Source: Phoronis australis
Lineage: Eukaryota > Animalia > Phoronida
Direction of reading: 5' to 3'
Assembly: GCA_002633005.1 (NCBI GenBank)
Contig: NMRA01000330.1
Coordinates: 248,001 to 312,000, forward strand
DNA: 64,000 bases
Shown here: positions 11,086 through 23,516 of the stretch, one piece after another
How the letters are laid out: the number at the start of each line of letters is the position of its first letter
Numbering within the stretch: the first letter of the stretch is position 1
Notes under the pieces: generated by a model
Database searches by the model: none
Told to the model about the DNA's origin: nothing
The model's input: only the letters and a program-made list of their open reading frames with translations
Translations under genes and position numbers: made by a program

Positions 11086-12976
11086 GGGGCTATTCGGAGA
11101 ATTCTCGCGGTGTCGCTGCTGTACTAGTGATGATGGAATTGCGCATGCGTCGCTGTGTGCATGTAAACAGCTGGTAAAAAGACGGATTGTTATCAAAATG
11201 CATCGTTGTGCTAGGCCTTATTATAATTGCTATTTCCCCTGGTGCAAGTCTTCGACAGGTGGTCACAAAACTTAAAATTGTTCAAAGCTCTAAAAATAAT
11301 TACACAGCACACAAACAAATCAAGTGCAAACAAAGGGAATACTTCATTTTGATCACTGCACATTTCTAGAGGTCAACAGGAAAATGACAATTCGCAAGCA
11401 TAATCGGTAATCATTTCAGCTGTATAAAGAATAAGCACAACTGCACTATATGGGGCTTTAAAACTGAGGAAATATTGTGGTTTCATTAATTAGTAACAAA
11501 CTTGCCTGTTGATAAAAAATTTATTCGATCATCAAAACTGTAACATTAACGGGCATTCAACTGACAATCAGACAATGGATGCAGTCACTAAATGTCATGT
11601 CCCCCATAATGTGTACAAAATTGAAAAGTTTTTACCATTGGTATAAAGCCTTTCTTCTGAAAGGAAAAGTTAATGTCACTCAGTGAGAAAGGACAGGTAT
11701 TTATACCAGATGCTTTTGGTTTTCATTTCACAGGGATCTAGTTTCAATGGCCTATAGAAGCGCTTGTAAAAAAGTCCCAGTTTCGTTACGTGGCTTTCCT
11801 TTATGTAACCTCATTCAGCCTCAATAACATCCACAATTAGATCCTTGAAGGTAAACACAACAGCATATCACTTGACTCGTTTTGTGCCCAAAATCTGACC
11901 CTGAACTAGACCAGAGTGTCACTAGGTCTTCTTTATCTTCAATCCCCCATGTTTCTTCCAGGAAAGGAAATAAGCTATTGTCCACACATGACTTATTGCT
12001 TATGAAAGGGCATCCTCACCAATGAGGCTGACGTGTGTAGCAGTCAGATATAGTGCCTCTTCATACACAAACAATCCACTGGCACGTTGTCTTATGGTGA
12101 TTCACATTTCTCCGGGGCCACTGACTTGTACATTGTGCCATGCAGCACTGCTGATGTGTGGAAATGCTGTGGGATGAGATAGGAGTAACAAAGCTTGTTC
12201 GTTGTCTCCGATGTAGAAAGTAGGCTTTGAAAACATATCTGCACTGGTTGGGAAGATCTTGCTAGTTAGTTGCAGTCAACTGCTTAAAACCAATTTTTGT
12301 CCATTCAGGCTCGATGCAGAAGCGATCCATATCTCCTGTGCACGGTACAAGCCCTCAAACCTAAAAACCAAAGGTCGCGTGAAAATAGACAAGATAGATT
12401 TCCATTTCAACGTGTAATAGATTTCCAGAAGACATAGGATAGGGAGTAAACAAATAGTCTAATGCATATTTGTCACGTACCCTTTGCCATGGCATTGGGC
12501 TTGGATTGTAATCTTAACTCACTAACCAATATCGACTTAGCAGCATAAACATTCAGCATTCATTGATGTAACTGACTCTGATAAACCTGATAGAAATCAT
12601 TCCAAACAATAATACTGCTTTGATGAACGAAAAGGTACCGAGTGCTACGTCAAGTATCGCAACACACATCACAACAAACAAAGATTAACCCGACTGGCGA
12701 CTGCCGCGAAGTCGACATCGGCGAGTACCTCAGTTAAGAGGCATCAGTTGAATAAACATGGAATAATTGTTAAAATAATCACAAACCTTACCTTTGTATA
12801 AGATCGTTATTACTTCATCTCATAGAAGCACCCTTTTCACGCTATCTCACGTTCAGTTGGCACGGCTACAAGCCATTTCACCATGTATTTAAAGGGCTCG
12901 CGAAATCGAGGCTGTTAATCTATCACCACTAGTACACGCGCGCCCTCTAGTTAACGTAAATTTTCCGAATAGCCCC
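11086..12976 (+). mobile_element. Non-autonomous ISL2EU-type DNA transposon (internal deletion; decayed YqaJ-like exonuclease on the minus strand)
   Basis: TIRs GGGGCTATTCGGA(G/A)AATT ... AATTTTCCGAATAGCCCC, with AT on both flanks. THAP start MHRCARPYYNCYFPWCK at 11198. Minus-strand remnants SGLFVYEEALYLTATHVSLI (~12021-12080) and LVQGQILG..VVFTFKDLIVDVIE (~11811-11909) resemble YqaJ motifs. Confidence 0.8.
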
Positions 12977-13809
12977 ATTCTGTTTCAGTGACAGAGAACT
13001 ACTTTCAGTATTGCAATTTAGTCTATTTATCGTGTTCCTTCTCTCTTTAAGATAGTATTTCCGTTATTGTCAACTGATGATAAAACAGTTTTGTATATTA
13101 GGTAACGTCACATACATACGAACTGCCGTATCCTATCGAGATTTCATTTCATTTGGGAATCAATACTAGATGAAATGAATTCGATATCGTAGTACAATTC
13201 TTGTTGTCACATACACATGAACTTATTTGCAATGCGGTGATACCTTGTTACCATGTGTTTTGGGTTGTTGTTATGTGACATAATATATGTGCCAAGCGTA
13301 CCGGCCCTGGTTAAGCGACAAGATTATCTGTGATGCTGAATAATTAGAAGTTTTGTTTCAAATTTATAAGAATTTCCAGTTTGTGAAATATACAAGTTAA
13401 AACAATGAACCATTCAATAATACTAAAAGTTCGTAGGAAACTTAGAATCAATCCATCCTTGTTATCACAGCACAGTGAAAACAGTGCTGATTCGCAGAAC
13501 TTGAGGTAACGTCTGTATCGTAAAAAAAACGGATTTTACGCTTCCAGCGAGGGATAGGCGAGGAAAGCTACAACCAGAGGATTGTGCCGGTAAAAATTCA
13601 TATTCTATGCTACAGTGGTGGATTTAGGGGGAAGGGGGGGCAAGGGGGGCATGCGACTTTTCAAAATATATTTTTGAAACCAACTATCATTCAGATTTGA
13701 TATAAAACGCGATCTAGTGGTTGCTTAAACAATGTATCAAAATGTCCCAGAGTCGACCGCAATTTGTAAGGCCAAAGGAGCTATGCACTTACAGATAGAT
13801 TATGCTGAG

Positions 13810-16800
13810 TAGGCCATAGTCCCAGCTCTCCTATCTTTCACCTCCGTTGCCACTTTCTGGGGGCAACGGGAACTTTGCATTAAACCCATCTACAGATGTT
13901 CAAAAGTCAATTTCAAAAAAGTTCCCAAGAATACACTTGCACGTTTAGAAATGATTTTAATTTAAGAGTGGTAAAATTTTAACCTAAACTAATATTTTAG
14001 CCACCAGGTGTCAGTGCAAAATGATCAGAACAGCCAATCAAATGCCATGAAAATATTGTGTCCGTATCTTTCCCATTCCCAACTTGTCTGCTTCACGAAA
14101 GCATTCATCAGAGGACAGCCAACTGATCTTGTCATCCCGTTGGCTTGGCTAACTTGTTTACAGCTACTATCTACATTGAAAAGTGTTCATTCTTGGATGG
14201 GTGTGCAAGTAATTGGAAATTACCAAGGGTCAATGCTGTTATTAGCGGTCAATAACCTTTAGAAGGCCTCCCAATTGAAATCGAATCATTTAATCATTGT
14301 ACTATTTTAAGTTAATGTAAATAAGTGATTCTACCTCTCCCTCCCCCTCTCCCTCTCTCTCTCATAAACCAGTAGGCAGTAGATTGGAATTGAAGAAAGC
14401 CAAGGCAAGTGGCAAGTGTCATCATACTGACATACATATAATTCTTGGCATGTTCCTGAATCATTTTGTGCTTCCGCAAACAGCAGTTTTGAGCCAACTA
14501 GGACACTGCTGAAACCATGAATTATTGAATGAGTGTGCGACTTCACAAGAGACTGACAAGATGTCTGCTCCTTGTTGCATTTATGTTTCAGATTCTGCTC
14601 AAAATCTTGAGCTCCTGGGATTTTCAGATATTACGTAGTCTAAGGCAAACAAATGGATCAACATCAAGAAAACTATTATTGCCGAGAAGTTTTTAAGTTT
14701 TTGTGAAAAAACAGAGCTATTCTATCACAATAAGTATTACTTAATGGATGTATCAAAAATCTAAACAGCTCTTTAAAAAAGAAAAAAGACCAAGCTGATG
14801 AAGGAAACGATGTTGAACCTACTTGAAAATTAAGGAGATTGTCACTGTCAGTTCCATTTAACAGTCACGTGCTCAAAGAAATGTAGATGTGTTGCCACCA
14901 CAATTTATCATTTGCCGCAAATCAAAGTCTATCATAGAGAACCTCACAAACAAAAGAAAACTTGAAAAGCTATCCCATTTCCAAACATTCACTTGTAAAT
15001 AGGCATTATTACCTATTCTTAATTCGAAAAACCGTCATTTATGGTAAAAAATGTTTAGTTTAGGACATAGAAAAAAGAATTGGTTTTACAGTATTAGCCG
15101 TCCCAATCTCAAAGATACTGGCTGTAGTTTTACCTACAGCACTGCTCTTTATGAACGTCCAAGCCTATTTTCTGACCCTTTTATGTAAAAACATGAGCTG
15201 TGTTTGGAATTTGAGAAATAAAAGATGCAAATATTGCCCTGTTCTGTAATTCATAATCTTGAAAATTTAAATGTTGCTCAGATTTCAGTTTCTCACACTT
15301 TGGAGATTCTTGAATTGGAGAATTTTTTGTGTAGGAAAATGTTTACTTTTCCATGTAATATCTAAAACAGGAAGCGTCAAAAGAAATTTTAGCTCTACGG
15401 TATATAAGACGCTTTTCAATTTCCCACAAAAACTATTGCCAAAATGACAATTCCTCTATTTTCAATGGCTGAATTACGGTATCAAGGAAGATAAAAAAAT
15501 CTGTCTTAAATTGGCAACTGTACGGTGCAATCAATGCTAGTAATGTTGCTCATTTCTCTTAATGCTTGCTTTTACTGAGCACTTGACAAAATAAAATTTC
15601 ACTTGTTGGCCATACTGTGCTAAAGTGAAGAGCGTTTTGGTTATCTGTTTTAGCAAAAAGGATTACTGTAACAAGGCTCAAGTGTTTAGATGAAACGCTA
15701 TTAGGTTGACAAAAGATTTTATTCCCAAGTGAGGTGCAGGCTAGCAGAGATATTTTTTAAACTTTGTCATTAAAGTTGGCCTCAACATTATTTTGCGTTT
15801 CCTGGTCAACTCATGGAAAACATTGAACAGTTTGCATGCAAGCTGTACGACTCATCATCAACAGTTAACAAAGCACGCTACCACATATTCAGGTTGAAAT
15901 CTTTGATGGAATCATCTCTATCTCCTAATCATGATCGTTTGCTATCACATGTCAAAAGAGCAAACTACCAGTGTGCCATTCACAAACGAGCCTTGCAACA
16001 GCATGTCAGTGCACCATCTCCAGTTGGTAACGGTTGACTTTTTGAGTAGAGTAGTCTGAATTTCCACTGGATGACTATGCCTTTAGCCCCAGAAAATGTC
16101 ATGAAAAATGTTAATTGCAAATATAAAAAGAGTGGTTGTAGTACAAAAGTGTGCTCTTAAATGTGTGCTATGTTGTTAAAAAACTTTGAATTTGTAGCTT
16201 AATGGACAATATTTACATTTTATCATGCTCGCTAATGTCAGGACTAAATGGTGTATCGTTCCCTGTGACAGTTGTCTATGAATTACAATATGTGGATATT
16301 GTGACAATTAATGAAAGTGATGACAGTAAATTCATTGCAAAAACGTTGGAAATGTATGTTGTTCATATGTAGGTTGTGATATTAAATATTTATCAAGTTT
16401 CAAATGGTTAACACTAGTATTGTTCTTCTGATAGTTCAGAATATAGTAGTATGTTTTCTGGCCAACACGAGGTGCTGCTAAAAATTTTCTATTTGTCTTT
16501 TTTGAGTAATTGTCCACCTAATGTCATGATCAAGGAATCTATGGTCATGATATTTATCACTTTTCTTGTCCAGTAACGTCAAATGAACAAAACCCAATCA
16601 AATTATCATTCAGTTTGGGTCCAGTGTTGTTGGGTTTTGAAGACTGGTTTTCTGTGTCAGTTTTTGAGGTCAAATTTCTCGAAAACGTGCAAGTCAAACC
16701 TTTGGAACTTTTTAGATTATTAAAGTATAGTACTTGATGACCTTAAAAACACCAAAGTTATTTTGCCCCCAAAAAGTAGCCACAGTTTCTAAAGACGAAT

Positions 16801-16813
16801 GGACTATGGCCTA
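13810..16813 (+). mobile_element. Academ (AcademX-like) DNA transposon, decayed
   Basis: TIRs TAGGCCATAGTCC...GGACTATGGCCTA plus inverted subterminal motifs; 3-bp TSD GAG (13807-09, 16814-16). ORF 15813-16037 (EQFACKLY..VNKARY..HVKRANYQ..PSPVGNG) resembles the Academ protein C-terminal region. Confidence 0.85.
15813..16160 (+). pseudogene. Academ transposase C-terminal remnant
   Basis: LSPNHDRLLSHVKRANYQCAIHKRAL..P.PVGNG, followed by decayed W..MPLAPE..VNC motifs. Confidence 0.7.
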
Positions 16814-17039
16814 GAGTCCTTAGCGTTGTTTTAATTACGCTGACTCACTAAAGACGTCACTGTACACATTTGTGCTATCCGCAACATAATAATCATGTAC
16901 ACTTTTACAACAAATTCTGTATGCATTTTTACTGTGTATTTTTTACCCGTTGATGCAGAAACATGAAACTGTAAGCAAACAGGAGCACATAATAAGAATG
17001 AAACAGTTCACAAAAACATTTATTTATTACAGAAGCTTG

Positions 17040-19380
17040 TAAAAACAACCCAGAAAGCTGAGACAGTATGATAAAGGCAATCTACTAGAGGCATACGGTA
17101 AAGGATAAAGCACGTGAGGATGGCATGTCCATCAGCTCAGCAGCTGCGCAATACAATGTTCCATAGCAAACGATGAGAGATCGAGTAAGTGCGAGGATAG
17201 AGCCTCGCTGGTTCCCTGCGTGCTTAGCCCAGCCAGCACGCAGGTATCACGTAGTGGCACGTGCTTTAGCATTGGTCGATGTAATCTTGGCAGTCATTGG
17301 TTAGCTTTACAACACCGTGAAAAAAATGGCGGACTGTGAACGATTTTTAGCCTTGTCGTTTCTGAAGTGATGTTTAATAGCCGCGTGCTTGAAGCACATA
17401 TATGCATAATAAACACAAATTATGTGGCCGATTTAACCGGTGTGTTATTCATACTGTATAAGAACACTATCGTAAACAAAAGTCATCAACAGTAGAAAGA
17501 TGTATTCCGAAAAGGCTCAATATTACAGTTCTAGGCTTCACATTTCCTGAACATAATTTTAAGCACCGATTTGTCTGTACAACAGACCACATTTACACTT
17601 CAGTCCATCAGTCATGCCAGTTTGTTTGCGCAAAGCGCTGCCTGTTGAGAATTCGACTAGCCAATCAGAAACGCCGGTGTAAAAAAATTTACAGAGGAAA
17701 TTTAAGTGATACCTGCGTGCTGGCGCAGGTACCGCCCCATCTAGCGGCACGCAGGGAACCAGCGAGGGATAGAGCCTGAATGCGTCCCAATGGGTGTCTC
17801 CAATCTTCAACGTACACCAGGAAGTCTCAATTGTAAAACATATAAAGGAAATGGTGAGTCATGGGTATGGGTATACAAGGCAAGACGACGACGCCATGGT
17901 AAAGGAGTGGTTCATCCAGCTGGGAATAAGGAAGTCAGGAGAGTCCCTTTCTATTAAGTGGGTTAGAGGGTTTGTAAAGCGCTGGCCAGAGGTGAGAGTT
18001 GTCAAGGTAAATGTTATAGAATATGCGAGAGCAAAGTCAGCAAGTCAAGTGAATATTTTATTTTGAAGTGCTGCATTCTGCTTTGAGGAAATATGGTTTG
18101 GGAGACAAGCCACAGAGAGTATTCAATGTGGTTAAAAAGGGTGTGACGACCAATTACAAGCATCAACACAGCAGAATGAAGTGTGTCCCTCAAGTGGTCT
18201 CATTAGGGAGATCCGTGACCACAACGATATTGGGCTGTGGCAGTGCAGCTGGCCAGGCGATGCCCCCATAAATTTGTCTTTAAGGGCAAGAGATTCAACT
18301 CAGATCTACGGCAAGATTCTTCCCCAGGGGCAAATGGAACAGTCACAGACAGTGGATGGTCAAACTCTGAAGTTTTTCTCAAGTGGCTACAAGTTCACTT
18401 TGTAAAGTTTGTCCTAGGTGGCCTTCAGGAGCCCGTTCTACTGTTACTAGATGGCCACAAGTCACACACGGATATTTACTGTAGCAGAATGGGCGAAGAA
18501 CCACAACATTGCAATTCTAATTCTGCCAGCTCACACATCACGCATACTACAACCACTTGATGTTGGGTGTTATGGACCAATGGAGGCAGTGTGGAGCAAT
18601 TTGTGCCACAAAGCGATGAAAGGTACAAGGGCTGGAATTACTCGCTTTGATCTTTGTTCCCTTGCCTACGTGAAAGCGCTCTCCTGAAAATCTGTAATTG
18701 GCTTTCCGGAAACTGAACTGGAATATACCTGTTTGACAACACCGTTGTCTCCCCTGAAATGATCACGCCATCCACAGTACTCTTGACGAATACTGGTGGA
18801 AGTGAGGTTGAAATTGATTTTTTAGTAAATGGTTGCAGAGGTGTACAGAAGCGAAGAGACCATTGCCAAGTGAACAAGTCCGTTTAAGCAGTTCTGCAAG
18901 TTTGTCTTGTAAGGTGCTGACAGAGAATGTAGAAATGCTGAAAAAGAAAAAGAACACAGCGAAGGCACAGGTGAAAGGAAACGCACAGGTGACAAAAAGG
19001 CACAAGATACAAAAAAGAAACATGTGGTAAAAAATTCAAAGGTGACTACAAAGGCATGTGGTGCGAATGACTTCAACAAAAATAAAGTTCAGAAACCACG
19101 AAATGATAATGAATCAGGTCCATCAGGATTAAGCCTTAAGCCATCACACGCGTCACAGTTCGAAAGTGACGACGGTGGGTACTTGGATGCGGGGCATGGG
19201 GAAAGTTGCTGCGTCTGTAACAAGTGGTCATCACTGCAACTACGCCAGTGTGCCTCTCTGGTGATCGTTAATTGCGGAAGATGTGAATTCCAAGACTGCA
19301 GCCACTCTATTCACCTAAAGTTTTGCTGTGACGTGACAGTACTAAGGTGACACGACAGATTTTTCTGCCCGTCATAACGT
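17040..19380 (+). pseudogene. Decayed pogo/Tigger-like transposase (HTH_psq, CENP-B HTH, DDE_1, C-terminal PHD-like finger), interrupted by MITE A
   Basis: Fragments: KLRQYDKGNLLEAY/EDGMSISSAAAQYNVP*QTMRDRV; GYGYTR..WVRGFVKRWPE; TILGCGSAAGQAMPP; VTDSGWSNSEVF; LLLLDGHKSH; LPAHTSRILQPLDVGCYGP; CCVCNKW..C..C..HLKFC. Multiple frameshifts and stops. Confidence 0.88.
17203..17767 (+). mobile_element. MITE family A copy 2, complete (565 bp), inserted into the pogo-like transposase
   Basis: 20-bp TIR CCTCGCTGGTTCCCTGCGTG; flanking duplication GATAGAG (17196-17202, 17768-17774). Confidence 0.92.
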
Positions 19381-20149
19381 GTCATGCCGTCAAACCCAGC
19401 TCCAAGAAGACAGACTAACAAGTGATGACTAGGATCGGCTGTGCTTAACATGTTGAAAACTTAATCAGTTTAATGATTGTTGTTGTGGTTTTAAATATAA
19501 ATCTCACTTAAAACATTTCATATTTTATTTATTAAATATCTATTAAGCTATTTATTTGTAGTCCATACGAAAGTTTACTGTTGGCTATTTCTTGTCTAAT
19601 TAAAACTTGATTAACAGCAACTACAAACAGATTTTTTTCTTATCTAAACTTGTTGTTTACAAAAACCACAATTTTGATTGGCTTTATTCCATTTTCCCGT
19701 CTACAAGAAAGAGGGCGACACGGTCACGACATCAGGGCCTGAAAGAAAATGGCCGGCGTTTTCATAAGTCTTGCAAAAACTCTGCCAACGGATTGAAAAC
19801 GAGTTTTAACTGTGAGTACAGTTGAGCATTTGTGAGGATTTAATCATGTTTACTACACCACATCATAAGTTACTGAAAACTTGAAGATCAGTGGGTACGC
19901 CAACAAACGGTCTTGGTGCTTACGTTTACGACTTTAGGTCCTCGGTGTGTACTTCAGATTCACTTTAAATTTTGACAATGGTAAGGCCCAGATACAAAAA
20001 TCACAAGTTTTGCACTCCTTGAGCCCCTAACTTTTTAGACAACATAAAACCTCTCGGTTGACTGATTAGGGGCTATAATACTTCCCATCGCTTTTTGTTC
20101 TAATTTCGTCACGTGTATTTTAAACGGGCGGTAGGCGAAATCCGCCTCC

Positions 20150-20280
20150 CGTTCAGTAACGCTAGGACCGCGCTAAAAAGCAAGACTTCGCGAGATTACG
20201 TGAGATATTGGAAATAAGAACACGTGACTTTGGCTAGGTTTTAGCTAGGTCCTAGCGTAGGTCCTAGCGTCTACTGAACG
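20150..20280. mobile_element. Small MITE remnant
   Basis: Inverted ends CGTTCAGTA-ACGCTAGGACC / GGTCCTAGCGTCTACTGAACG. Confidence 0.55.
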
Positions 20281-20731
20281 CACGCCTGCTCATGCACCGA
20301 TTAAGTTTTCACCTCGTCAAAAATGTATTGCACACTTAAAAAGGGCTTACTTTCTTCAGTGATCCTTTCTGTTTCTATACATATCTTCAATGAAGCAAAG
20401 CTACGAGACTTAGGTGATTTTGCCGAAGAATTCCAATTCCACTTTTTCCTTCATCGTTAACTTTTTCACCACGCGCGCGATAACCACAAAGTATTTCAAC
20501 AAAGTCACGTGTGTTAGGCAAAGGCTTGCGCGGGACTGAGCGAAGCGCGTGACTTTGCGCGTTATTCTTGCAAAATAGCATGGTGAAATTTGTAAGATTT
20601 GTGTCTCTTAGAATTTTTGTTTGTCAAAAGGCGTGATTTCACGTTACTTCCTGAAAATGGCACCCAGTGAGAAACTCGAGCCTGTCGTTACAGATTTTCT
20701 TGGATACTGTTCAAATTTTGACTATACTATA

Positions 20732-22997
20732 TAGTCGGTGGGCCAGATCTCATAGCGTTCATCCTTGTGAGTACTTTGGGAGGCAACCTAGTTTTTTCTA
20801 TGTGGCTAGATAATGTACCTATAAATCAAATTCCAAAAAGTTCCCACGTCTACACTTGCACATTTTTTAAAAAAAGGGTTTTTGTTGCACAAAATATGAT
20901 GCACATTCCTGCCACTTGGTGGCGCTTTTCTATTGAATTGACCAATCACAGAGCCAGATTGTATTGTTGTGCTTAGTTACTTCAATATGGCTGCTCCCAT
21001 GGAGTGTGATGCCTGTATAATTCAAGGTTTATCAAACAGCACAAAATTGTGATGCCAGAGCCCAAAGAAGCTTAGGAAAGCTTCCTGACGAAAGCTGATG
21101 GACTGTGGTACTCTGTAGATCAGTAGATAAAAAAGAAGAAGAGGTATCACAAACGTTTGTGAAGAAAACAGCTGCATGTCCTGGTATAGCCTACACAGTA
21201 TACTGCTGAGTGCAGTAGACTAGAAGACCAAGTGTCAGACCAAAAAATTGAAAGGACACAGAACGGCATAGCAACGTTTCAAGGCAACAGCTGTAGTACT
21301 AAAGCTGAAGTTGGTGAAAGTGATACAGATGTTATCCAAGATTTCCCAAGAAAATCAATTATACTTCCAATATCTGAAACACCCAATTAACCTGAACAAG
21401 ATAGGAGCATTCTGAAACATGAGTGCATCATTTGTTAGCAGGAAAAGTATATTATGGACCATATTTCAAGAAAGAGCAAGAAGTATAGCTTTCAAATACA
21501 GGTATGTGTTTTTGAAAGGTACATCATGGTGTTTTCCAGGTGTGTTTCAGTATTATCACCAGTTGTTTTTTTAACTTGTTCAGCCCCTTGGTTGCCTAGG
21601 CCTTAGACAATACCGCTGACCCAGTAGAGACGGTGATCATACCATAGGTACTCCATATGCCGGATGCTTTTCGGCAAATTATGTTCCTATAAGTTTAGAA
21701 GTACCGCGTAGAGAGATGCCTCTGAGGAGGTCGTTAATGTTTTCATTTTTTCCCAGTTTAAACAAATACTCCTGTATCGCAAGCAACAGCTCAGTCCAGA
21801 GCCCTGAATATGCAAATGAAATTCAAAGATAAAGACCTTGCGTCTTAGAAGCCAAGTACCACAGATCATCATGCTATAAAAAATAGAAAGACAAAGATTG
21901 TGAAGAGTGACGAATCCACAGTTTTCAGAGATGTTTTTCTACAGTTTTGTTTGGAGTTCATTAAATCAAAGCTTCTAGCACATGGAGATGTCATTTGCCT
22001 TTCAAAACTAAAGCAAGACTTTGAAGCTGTTCTTCAGAAAGCTGGTGTGCATGAAGTTATTTGGACAGGCAATCTTAAGAAATATTGTTGAAACTACTCA
22101 CTGTTGTAGGTTGTGCCCGACTAAGAGATACGAAATTGAATTGAGGCTAGTGTTCAATAATTCACTTGCTGACTTTAATTAACACAGCGCATTATAACAT
22201 NNNNNNNNNNNNNNNNNNNNNNNNNNNNNNNNNNNNNNNNNNNNNNNNNNNNNNNNNNNNNNNNNNNNNNNNNNNNNNNNNNNNNNNNNNNNNNNNNNNN
22301 NNNNNNNNNNNNNNNNNNNNNNNNNNNNNNNNNNNNNNNNNNNNNNNNNNNNNNNNNNNNNNNNNNNNNNNNNNNNNNNNNNNNNNNNNNNNNNNNNNNN
22401 NNNNNNNNNNNNNNNNNNNNNNNNNNNNNNNNNNNNNNNNNNNNNNNNNNNNNNNNNNNNNNNNNNNNNNNNNNNNNNNNNNNNNNNNNNNNNNNNNNNN
22501 NNNNNNNNNNNNNNNNNNNNNNNNNNNNNNNNNNNNNNNNNNNNNNNNNNNNNNNNNNTGCCCAGTCTCAAGTGTTTTGTGTTATTTTTGTTGCCAGACA
22601 ATGCCAGAATAACTTCCTAGTAACATCCAGACTTAGTTTGCATTTTTGCCATTAGGTGTCTCTTTACATTTTTTAAATTTCACTGTTTACAATTAATCTA
22701 CAATAGTAAAACATGTAATGTGAGTGTAATATTGTTCAATACAATGGCACTGATGGGACCATATTACTTGTTTTACAAAAATTCACCAAACTGTTGTTTT
22801 TACAAATATAATTGGTGATTATTAGGTAACTTCAAACTCAAATGTCTCAAAAATGTGCAACTTTATATGTGGGAACTTTTTAGATTTTGGAAAACACTCT
22901 GATAAATGAATTAAAAAACACCAAAATAAAATTGCCCCCCTAAAGTACTCACAAAAACCATTTTCTAGAGGCCCTACAAATTCTGGCCCACCGACTA
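20732..22997 (+). mobile_element. Second Academ DNA transposon (decayed, spans the assembly gap)
   Basis: TIRs TAGTCGGTGGGCCAGA...TCTGGCCCACCGACTA; 3-bp TSD ATA (20729-31, 22998-23000). Shares subterminal AAAAAGTTCCCA/TTGCAC motifs with the 13810 element. KDL..LEAKYHR..CY remnant at ~21826-21880. Confidence 0.85.
22201..22558. other. Assembly gap (N run)
   Basis: Run of n characters. Confidence 1.
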
Positions 22998-23516
22998 ATA
23001 GTCAAAACTTGATCCAGAGTCATGGTATGCGTTAATTATAACCCCACGTGCATCATTGAGCACTTTCATTCGATTTTGTTTGCTGTATTTTGAAATGTGT
23101 AAATTTTTATAGGGATGCACTATCGACCGTATATACCAGCGGCTTTCAGGGCGATGTAATTGCCTACTAACTTTTAGCACGTATGATACACTTTTCAACT
23201 ATTTGTGACGGTCACTGGCTAAAACTATTTATTCAAGATCAACGATTTCCAGGTCAGCCTGGTTCCGAAACAAGCCGTCGTTAATGTTAACAAATAAAAC
23301 AACAACAATAAAAATCTCCCGACAGCCATTAACCACAACCACCCACTTAATCAGTCAATGTTCTGGAAACCACTGGCAGTCATTGCTAGATCATGGGCGG
23401 CGCCATCTTGTATCTGAAGTGAAGTAGGTCATGCGGCCGTTGAGCGCTTCACCATGCGGCTGTAGTGAAAACTTCTCAGCCAAAATGTTCAGGTCGGCGA
23501 GTGTCTCCCGGAGCAC

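Noticed and set aside
22166-22612. 148-aa and 140-aa ORFs
   Set aside because: Artefacts of the N gap.
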